A DNA stretch of 64,000 nt, from assembly GCA_043821645.1 (NCBI GenBank), contig JBDRCO010000003.1:224001-288000 (forward strand), written 5' to 3'. This DNA comes from Pseudomonadota bacterium. Lineage in GTDB: Bacteria > Myxococcota > JACRCW01 > JAFGSX01. The position numbers were made by a program, and so were the translations under genes. Below, one piece after another: positions 33,277 through 41,322 of the stretch; position 1 is the first letter of the stretch, and the number at the start of each line of letters is the position of its first letter. The notes beneath the pieces were generated by a model. That model did not search any database. It was not told the DNA's origin and saw only the letters and a program-made list of their open reading frames with translations.

Positions 33277-34848
33277 GTGGTGGGCCAGATTCTTCGCGAC
33301 CAGACCGAGGACCTGCAGCGACGCATTGCCAAGATCCAGCAGATGGGTGGCGCGGAGGCGGTGGCCAAGCAGCACGGCCGCGGCAAGCAGACTGCCCGCG
33401 AGCGCGTCGATGCGCTGTTCGACGCCGGCAGCTTCGTCGAACTCATGATTCACGGACGCTCGCAGTCGACCTCGCCCATGATGGCGGGCAAGGAGACTCC
33501 CGCCGATGGCGTGATCTGTGGTCATGGGCTGGTCGACGGGCGGCGGGCCGCAGTCATCGCCTACGACTTCACCGTCATGGCCGGTTCCATTGGCCAGGTC
33601 ACCGAACTCAAGTGTCAGCGGCTGCGCTCCATGGCCATCGAGGAGCGCATGCCTGTCATCTGGTTGCTGGACTCCGCGGGTGCGCGGGTGCAGGAAGTAG
33701 CCACGGCCTTCTTCGCCGGCAGCGGGCAGATGTTCTACGACCAGGTCGTGATGTCGGGCCTGGTTCCCCAGGTCGCCGCGATGATGGGACCCTGCGCCGC
33801 TGGCACGGCCTACGTTCCCGGGCTCGCGGATTTCGTACCCATGGTCAAGGGCACCAGCTCGATGGCGCTGGCAGGACCGCACCTGGTCAAGGCTGCGACC
33901 GGCGCGGACTACACCTCCGAGGAACTCGGCGGCAGCAAGCTTCACACCCGCGAGTCGGGGGTCGCAGACCTCGAGGTCGCCGACGACTCTGCCATGATGG
34001 ACGTCGTCAAGCGCTTCTTGTCGTTCTTCCCCTCGCACTGCGACGAGCCTCCACCGCGGCGGCCCTGTGCGGATCCCGTGGAGCGCGCACCCGACGAACT
34101 GCTGGACCTGGTGCCGGACAACCCGCGGGCGCCCATGGACATGCGGCGTGTCATCGAGCTGGTGGTGGACCAGGTCGACGGGCAGGCAGATCTTCTCGAG
34201 CTCAAGCCCAAGTGGGGCAAGGCCATCCTCACCACCCTGGCGCGTCTGGACGGCCAGCCCGTGGGTCTGGTGGCCTCGAACAGCAGCCACATGGGTGGCA
34301 TCCTGACCAATGATCCTGCGGACAAGGCCGCGCGTTTCATCAACCTGTGCGACGCCTTCGGCGTGCCCCTGATCTTCCTGCAGGACGTGCCAGGCTTCAT
34401 GGTCGGCCCCAAGACCGAGAAGGAGGGCATCATCCGCCACGGCGCCAAGATGCTGTACGCGGTCAGCCGGGCCAGCGTGCCCAAGCTCACGGTGGTGGTG
34501 CGCAAGGGCTACGGCGCGGGCTACTACGTGATGTGTGGCAAGGGCTACAGACCCGACCTCATCGTGGCCTGGCCCGGAGCCGAGGTCAGCGTCATGGGGC
34601 CCGAGGGCGCGGTCAACATCGCCTTTCGCAAGCAGATCGAGGCCAGCGACGATCCCGATGCCACCCGGGCGGCCCTGGTCGCGCAGTTTAGGGACATGAT
34701 CAATCCCTACGAGCCGGCGAGCTGGACCTTTCTGGACGACGTCATTGACCCGCGTCGCACGCGGCAGGTGCTGATCCAGGGCTTGCGCATGGCCGCGCAC
34801 AAGCGGACCGAGTGGCCCGCCCGCCGCCATGGCGTCATGCCTGTGTGA
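33277..34848 (+). CDS. Acyl-CoA carboxylase carboxyltransferase (beta) subunit
   Basis: GKQTARERV, DFTVMAGS, DSAGARVQE, GPCAAGTAY, DVPGFMVG, RKGYGAGY, DDVIDPRRTR. Confidence 0.92.
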   Translation: MVGQILRDQTEDLQRRIAKIQQMGGAEAVAKQHGRGKQTARERVDALFDAGSFVELMIHGRSQSTSPMMAGKETPADGVICGHGLVDGRRAAVIAYDFTVMAGSIGQVTELKCQRLRSMAIEERMPVIWLLDSAGARVQEVATAFFAGSGQMFYDQVVMSGLVPQVAAMMGPCAAGTAYVPGLADFVPMVKGTSSMALAGPHLVKAATGADYTSEELGGSKLHTRESGVADLEVADDSAMMDVVKRFLSFFPSHCDEPPPRRPCADPVERAPDELLDLVPDNPRAPMDMRRVIELVVDQVDGQADLLELKPKWGKAILTTLARLDGQPVGLVASNSSHMGGILTNDPADKAARFINLCDAFGVPLIFLQDVPGFMVGPKTEKEGIIRHGAKMLYAVSRASVPKLTVVVRKGYGAGYYVMCGKGYRPDLIVAWPGAEVSVMGPEGAVNIAFRKQIEASDDPDATRAALVAQFRDMINPYEPASWTFLDDVIDPRRTRQVLIQGLRMAAHKRTEWPARRHGVMPV

Positions 34849-34873
34849 GAAATCGATCGAAACGGGAGCCGTC

Positions 34874-35188
34874 ATGAAACACGCGATCTTCTCGACCCTC
34901 CTGGGCCTTGCCCTGCTCGGCCTCGCAGCCTGCGCCGCGGAGCTCGGCGATTCCTGCGGACCCGGTGTGAGCTGCCCCTCGGGGGCCGTGTGCCGCGACA
35001 ACCTGTACCTCGAGGACCTGTGCAAGGAGGGTGTGGTGCCGGTCGAGGGCAGTGGCCCGGATGCGTACTGCACGGTGATGTGCGAGACCTCCGCGGACTG
35101 CAGCGAGCTGCCGAACAGCGACGGTTGTCTGCACGATCCTCGCAGCAATCGCCTGCTGTGCAAGCCGGACTGCAGTGCCTACAAGTGA
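34874..35188 (+). CDS. Small Cys-rich lipoprotein
   Basis: Lipobox GLAAC, eleven Cys in the mature part including YCTVMCETSADC; RBS GGGAG. Confidence 0.75.
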   Translation: MKHAIFSTLLGLALLGLAACAAELGDSCGPGVSCPSGAVCRDNLYLEDLCKEGVVPVEGSGPDAYCTVMCETSADCSELPNSDGCLHDPRSNRLLCKPDCSAYK

Positions 35189-35213
35189 CCCCTTCGCGCA
35201 CCGAGGAACACCC

Positions 35214-36086
<873 letters not shown>

Positions 36087-36090
36087 GCGC

Positions 36091-36543
36091 TCAGCACCCG
36101 GAACGCACAGGCGCCGGCGTCGAGCCACCACTGCAGCCCGACGACACCGGGCGGGAGCTGCTCGAGGAGCTGCTGGTGCGCCGCGGCGCTGTGCGGGGCC
36201 TGGGAACCTTGCCCTCAGCCACGGCGTCGAGCAGGCGAACACCCAGGGGCGACAGGCGCTGGGCCTCCCCGTAGCCGATCTCGCCATCCTGGTTGGCGTC
36301 GATGCGGGCCACGGTGGCCCCGACGGTCTCGAGCGCCTTCTTCATCTTGTTGACCGAGGCGTAGCGCTGGGCGGCGGCGCTGCATCCCGTCGTCACCGAG
36401 CCGTCTTTTGCCACCGCGGCCAGAAAGGGATCCTCGATCTCGTCCTTCTTGATCTTGGTGCGGCCGTCCGCCAGCTTCTCGAGTTGCTTCTTGTAGGCCT
36501 CGATGCCCTTCATGGCGGCGTCCGTGCGAACTCTGTTGCTCAT
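36091..36543 (-). CDS. Hypothetical protein, candidate radical SAM substrate/RiPP precursor (EF-hand-like motif, Ser-rich tail with SGC motifs)
   Basis: RBS GGAGG; begins 11 bp after the rSAM stop; DANQDGEIGYGE; C-terminus TSSSSSSSRPVSSGCSGGSTPAPVRSGC*. Confidence 0.7.
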   Translation of the reverse strand: MSNRVRTDAAMKGIEAYKKQLEKLADGRTKIKKDEIEDPFLAAVAKDGSVTTGCSAAAQRYASVNKMKKALETVGATVARIDANQDGEIGYGEAQRLSPLGVRLLDAVAEGKVPRPRTAPRRTSSSSSSSRPVSSGCSGGSTPAPVRSGC

Positions 36544-36554
36544 GATCCCTCCGG

Positions 36555-37898
36555 TTAAAAGGTCGATACCTCGACGCTGTTGAGAACGCCTGAATCCCTG
36601 ACAGATGCCGATACCCCGGCACCCGGCCGGGCTGGCAGTCGATCACACCAGCTATCCGCGGCGCCGATGCAGCCGTGCGCGTCGAGCGCGCGGACGCGGC
36701 AGCCACCGCGGCAGATCTCGAGACGATCGCAGTGCGCGCACTCGTCTGGCGCCTGCAGTGCGCGCAGGGCCTTGAACGACGCACCCTCGCGCCACAGCTG
36801 CAGCAGGCTGTGCTCGCGCAGTGTGCCCGCTGCATGGCCCGCAGGAAGGTTGAGACAGGGTGTGACCACACCCGAGGGGGTCACACCGGCGACGATGCGT
36901 CCGGCCACACAGCCGAAGCCTTCGAAGTCCGGAGCTGTGCGCTCGTCGGGGTGAGGCGCGTCCAGGATCAGATCGCTTCCGGCCGCTGCGGCTCGCGCCT
37001 GCTCGACGGCCAGGACAAAGGACGCCCGATCACAGCTCAGCGCGTTCCCGTCGCGCAATGCCTCGCCCGCGGGATAGGCCGGCCGCAGCAGCAGGACCCG
37101 CGCTCCCTCGTGGTGCGCCAGGGCCACCATCTCGCCGACCCGGGAGCGGTTGAGCGGCGTGACCGTGAAGGAGATCGCGAAACCCGGTGCGTAGTGTCGG
37201 CGAAGCAGCTGCAAGCCACGCAAGGTCCTGTCGAAACTGCCCGCGCCGCGCATGCTGTCATTGGTAATTGCGTCGGGACCGTCGAGGCTCACCGCCAGGC
37301 CTGCCGGCTGGACCTCGGCGAGCCGCGACAGGATCTCGACCTGCAGCCGCGAGCCGTTGGTGTGCACGAAGCAGTCGATGCCCCGCTGCCGGGCATGGCC
37401 TACCACCTCGACGAGCTCGGGACGGAGGAAGGGCTCGCCGCCTCCCAGCACCAGCTTGAGGCAGCCGATGTGCGCCAGCTCGTCGACCAGTGCCAGCAAT
37501 TCGGGCAACGACAGCTCGTCGTTCGCCCGCCGGCCGCTGCTCGAGTAGCAGTGGCTGCACGAGAAGTTGCAGGCCTGGGTCAGACCCAGGTGCAGCACCA
37601 GCGGCGCCGCGGCCGCGCCGTCCAGCGGTTCGAGCTCCACCAGGTCCGCGTCGAGGGTCGAGGCCGGATCGATCGCGGTGAGTTCTCCGACTCTCGTGGC
37701 CGCCAGCGCTGTCCGTTCGGGGCCACAGGCCCGGGCCAGCACGGGGAGGACCTGGTGCAGGGGCCGGTGCCGGTTCTCGACAAGGGCGAAGCATTCGGCC
37801 GCGTCCAGGGCATGGTACTGGTGCGCAGCGCGGTCGTAGAGCAGACCGCGGGTCCCCTCGATGCGCAGCGCATGGCGTGGCACGGCGGCTGGGCTCAA
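36555..37898 (-). CDS. Radical SAM/SPASM-domain peptide-maturase-like enzyme with probable N-terminal RRE
   Basis: CNFSCSHC (CX3CX2C), GGGEPF, HTNG, VSLDG; SPASM CVAG...GVVTPC and CAHC-X5-C-RGG-C...DSWC; TTG start after AGGAG. Confidence 0.88.
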   Translation of the reverse strand: MSPAAVPRHALRIEGTRGLLYDRAAHQYHALDAAECFALVENRHRPLHQVLPVLARACGPERTALAATRVGELTAIDPASTLDADLVELEPLDGAAAAPLVLHLGLTQACNFSCSHCYSSSGRRANDELSLPELLALVDELAHIGCLKLVLGGGEPFLRPELVEVVGHARQRGIDCFVHTNGSRLQVEILSRLAEVQPAGLAVSLDGPDAITNDSMRGAGSFDRTLRGLQLLRRHYAPGFAISFTVTPLNRSRVGEMVALAHHEGARVLLLRPAYPAGEALRDGNALSCDRASFVLAVEQARAAAAGSDLILDAPHPDERTAPDFEGFGCVAGRIVAGVTPSGVVTPCLNLPAGHAAGTLREHSLLQLWREGASFKALRALQAPDECAHCDRLEICRGGCRVRALDAHGCIGAADSWCDRLPARPGAGVSASVRDSGVLNSVEVSTF

Positions 37899-37976
37899 GA
37901 GGCGCTCCTGGTGAAGGCGAACCGGTCCATAATATATTGTCCGCGCCCTAGATTTGGCCTCCCGGCGCCCGGCTGC

Positions 37977-39656
37977 TCAATGCCGGTTCTTGGGCCGGCG
38001 CCGGCGGCGTCGCTTCTTCTTTTTCTTCTTCTTCTTGACGCCCTGGTCTCGACTGCTCGCGTCGAGCTGTTCCGGGGCGGGGGGAGCGGCATCGCCGGAG
38101 CCTGCAGGCACGCCACTGTCGACGGGCAGGCCGGCGTCGACAGGCAGGGGGGCACCAGCGTCCGCGTCGTCTGCGTCGGAAACCAGCCCGGGCAGAGGGC
38201 CCACATCGAGGACCAGCGAGCCCACGGCGAGCACGACCAGGACCCCGCCCAGGAAGGCCACGATACGGGGCCAGCGCCGCTCGCGGACCCGCGTGCCGTG
38301 CAGGGTGCCGGGTGGTGCGTCAAGCCTTGGCGGATGTGTGGCGCCGGCCAGCGATGAGTCCTCACCTGGTTGCCACAGGGGTCTCTCGCCGGTGGGCTGT
38401 GCACCCTCGAGGCGCGAGCCGTCGAGGTGGCGCAGCGCCACGTGCACGCCCGAGGCCTGCAGGTTGGTGACGATGTTGGTGGCGCGGTGGTGAATGTTGC
38501 TGACCTCGCGCCAGTGGGTCGGCGGCGTGAAGCCCGTGACCATCGTGCTCGACGAGGCCTCCTCGGGGGCGTCCATCTCCAGGGTGCCGCCATGGCCCGC
38601 CACGGCCATCGCCGGAGGGGGCAGGGGGGCGGCCGCCGGCAGGCTCTGGGGACCGCTCAGGCTCTCGACCCACACCCTCAGGGAGTCCGTCTCCTTGGGA
38701 TAGAGCTGATTCATGAACGCGGCCACGTGTCGCGACGTCACGGCCGGACCGCTGTCGCTGATGAAGCGCTCGAGGGCCTGCCGCAGCTCGTCGGCACTGC
38801 GATAGCGCTGGTCGCGATCGCGCGCGAGGCAGCGCAGGCAGATGGCCTCGAGGCCGGCGGGGATCTGCGCATTGTACGACCGCGGTGGTCGAGGTTCGCT
38901 GCGCATCATCTGTTCGATGAGCTGGTCGGTCGAGCGCACCGAGTAGGGAAACTGCGCCGTCAGGAACAGGTACAGCGTGACCCCCAGGGCGTACAGGTCG
39001 GCGCGTGCGTCCAGCGCCTCGCCGCGGATGGCCTCGGGTGCCAGGTAGTTGAGCTTGCCCTTGACCACGCCATGCTGGGTGGTGTCAGGCGTCATGCGCG
39101 CCTTGGCCACCCCGAAGTCCACGACCTTGACCCGGCCGTCGAAGCACACGATCACGTTCTCCGGGCTCATGTCCCGGTGCACCAGTCGCAGTGGCTGACC
39201 CTGGGCATCGGTGAGAATGTGGGCGTGGTGGAGACCGGCCGCGGTGTCGGCGACGATGCGCGCCAGCACCGTGTGCGGGACCCAGAAGCCGCCGGTGTCA
39301 CAGGTCTTGCCCACAGCGAGCAGGGTCTTGCCGTTGAGAAACTCCATGGCCAGCAGCAGCTCGCCCTCGGTGCGCGCCAGCTCGTGCACGTCCACCACGC
39401 TGCCGTGATGGATCATCGACGCCAGCTGTGCCTCGTTGACGAACATGGTCTCGAAGCGCGGATCCGCCAGCAGGTGTGGCCGCACACGCTTGAGGACCAC
39501 CACCTGATCCGTGGGTGGCCGCTCGAGATCGCGCGCCAGGTAGACCTCGGCCATGCCACCCTCGGCCAGCAGGCCCAGGACCCTGTAGTGCAGCAGGACC
39601 TGGCCTGGCAGGAGAGGCACGGTACTTGTCAGGTCGGTGGTCATGGTCGATGCCAT
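37977..39656 (-). CDS. Membrane-anchored Hanks-type Ser/Thr protein kinase
   Basis: GGMAEVY, VVLK, HRDMSPEN, DFGVAK, GKLNYLAPE, DLYALG; single TM helix near the C-terminus; polybasic tail. Confidence 0.93.
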   Translation of the reverse strand: MASTMTTDLTSTVPLLPGQVLLHYRVLGLLAEGGMAEVYLARDLERPPTDQVVVLKRVRPHLLADPRFETMFVNEAQLASMIHHGSVVDVHELARTEGELLLAMEFLNGKTLLAVGKTCDTGGFWVPHTVLARIVADTAAGLHHAHILTDAQGQPLRLVHRDMSPENVIVCFDGRVKVVDFGVAKARMTPDTTQHGVVKGKLNYLAPEAIRGEALDARADLYALGVTLYLFLTAQFPYSVRSTDQLIEQMMRSEPRPPRSYNAQIPAGLEAICLRCLARDRDQRYRSADELRQALERFISDSGPAVTSRHVAAFMNQLYPKETDSLRVWVESLSGPQSLPAAAPLPPPAMAVAGHGGTLEMDAPEEASSSTMVTGFTPPTHWREVSNIHHRATNIVTNLQASGVHVALRHLDGSRLEGAQPTGERPLWQPGEDSSLAGATHPPRLDAPPGTLHGTRVRERRWPRIVAFLGGVLVVLAVGSLVLDVGPLPGLVSDADDADAGAPLPVDAGLPVDSGVPAGSGDAAPPAPEQLDASSRDQGVKKKKKKKKRRRRRRPKNRH

Positions 39657-39756
39657 GCTACTAGAGCCTGGCCACCACACAAGAGGGGCGCGGTGGGGCT
39701 TGACGCGTCGGGCCGCTCCGGGTCATATGCGGTCGCAGAGACCGTCGAGGGCCCGC

Positions 39757-40296
39757 ATGTCGACCGAGCAGCAGACCATCCGCGACTTCATCGATACCGC
39801 GCGCAACGTGACGGCCGAGTCCTTCGAGAAGCGCTATCTCCACCCCTTCTTGCTCGGGCGCGAGGTGCTCGAGGAGGAGTTCAGCTTCGCCACGGCCATC
39901 GCCACCGTCGACGAGATGGAAAGGGGTGACCGGCAGACCGGCCTGCGCATCCGGGACTGGGTGTTGCCGGTGCAGCGGCCCGAGGGGGCCAGCAAGGTCG
40001 GCAGCCTGCGCGTGTTCGTGGGACGGGCCTCGAACAACGATCTGAGCATCCCCCATCCGACGGTGAGCAAGCTGCACGCTTATTTCACCCTGGAAGGCAG
40101 CCGCTGGTGGATCGTCGACGTGGGATCCTCCAACGGCACCACGGTCAATGGCATGAAGGCTCCCGCACGCGCCAAGACTGCCGTCTACGACAAGGATGTG
40201 GTGGTGTTCGGCCGCTGTGCCTTTTCGTTCCTGTTGCCGCGCAGCCTCTACGAGCTGGTCGCGAGCATGGCCAGTGCCATCCAGCCCACGGACTGA
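39757..40296 (+). CDS. FHA-domain protein
   Basis: VGRASNNDLSIPHPTVSKLHA, DVGSSNGT. Confidence 0.9.
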   Translation: MSTEQQTIRDFIDTARNVTAESFEKRYLHPFLLGREVLEEEFSFATAIATVDEMERGDRQTGLRIRDWVLPVQRPEGASKVGSLRVFVGRASNNDLSIPHPTVSKLHAYFTLEGSRWWIVDVGSSNGTTVNGMKAPARAKTAVYDKDVVVFGRCAFSFLLPRSLYELVASMASAIQPTD

Positions 40297-40299
40297 GCG

Positions 40300-40839
40300 A
40301 TGAGCCAGGGTAACGAGCCCTTGCGGCTCATGAGTCTGCTGGAACTCGCGCGCAAGGCTACCCCTGACGTGTTTGCTGTGCGCCTGGGTGGCGGACCCGT
40401 GCTGGTGCGTCAACAGCCCGCGGAGGAGGACGAGGACGGGTGGTCCTTCAACACCGCGTCCCGTCTGACCGCGGTGGTGGACACGGCGCCTGGTCGCGAG
40501 CTCGTGCTGCACAGTGATGATCTCGTGCACGTGGTGCGCAAGGCCCACGTGGGCGCGGCCTTTGCCCGCACCATTCTCATAGGTCGGGCAGACTCCAATG
40601 ACATCCGGCTGCCACATCCCAGCGTGTCCAAGCTCCACGCTCGAATCCAGCGCGATCCTCAGGACCGCTACCTGCTGTCGGATGCAGCGTCCCAGAACGG
40701 GACCCAGGTCGAGGGTCGCCGACTGGAAGCGGACGAGTCCGTGGAACTCACCGAGGGTGCCTGGATTCGGATGGGGGACCTCAGCATGTGCTACCTCACC
40801 CTGGACCGCTTTTACGAGGTCGTCCGGCGCATCCACTGA
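40300..40839 (+). CDS. FHA-domain protein (paralogue of the preceding gene)
   Basis: IGRADSNDIRLPHPSVSKLHA, DAASQNGT. Confidence 0.9.
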   Translation: MSQGNEPLRLMSLLELARKATPDVFAVRLGGGPVLVRQQPAEEDEDGWSFNTASRLTAVVDTAPGRELVLHSDDLVHVVRKAHVGAAFARTILIGRADSNDIRLPHPSVSKLHARIQRDPQDRYLLSDAASQNGTQVEGRRLEADESVELTEGAWIRMGDLSMCYLTLDRFYEVVRRIH

Positions 40840-41017
40840 CGGTTTGCGGATCGATCTGTCGAGATCAATTCGAGAATGTGCGGTAACTCTTGTGGTGTTC
40901 GAGTTTTTTTCTACCACCCGGCGCAATCCCGTCGTCACAGTGCCGCAGAACTGTCCGCCAGCGCAGATCCCGGTATAAAAAAACACAAAGCCATCTCGTG
41001 GGGTTGCGGTCTTGGGC

Positions 41018-41046
41018 TTGACTGAATCCGTGCCTCCCTCTATCAA
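41018..41046 (+). promoter_or_regulatory. Putative sigma70-type promoter of nrdJ
   Basis: TTGACT-N17-TATCAA downstream of an A/T-rich tract. Confidence 0.4.
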
Positions 41047-41322
41047 CACCAGACGCTAAGAGAAGACACGACGACGGAACGGCGCTCGGAGGGGGAGGTC
41101 AGTCATCGCAGGGGCATCGAGAGAACGGGGCGCTGCTTCCTCGAACTCGATTCCGTTCCGGTCGCGTGACAGCTCGAGCACATCTAATTAAATCGTGGAT
41201 TCGCAACGCAGCGGGCAGGGCGAATTCCTGTCGTGGTGTGGGCTCTTTGAGGCGAATCCGCGGAGCAGGACGTGAATCCGAATCCAGCTGACAAGGCGAA
41301 TCCAGAAACCGGTGAGGCGACG

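Noticed and set aside
40880-41010. NrdR boxes or a cobalamin riboswitch upstream of nrdJ
   Set aside because: Only weak partial matches (e.g. AAGCCATCTCGTGGGG) to the NrdR consensus and no B12-box core; cannot be supported without a PWM or covariance search.
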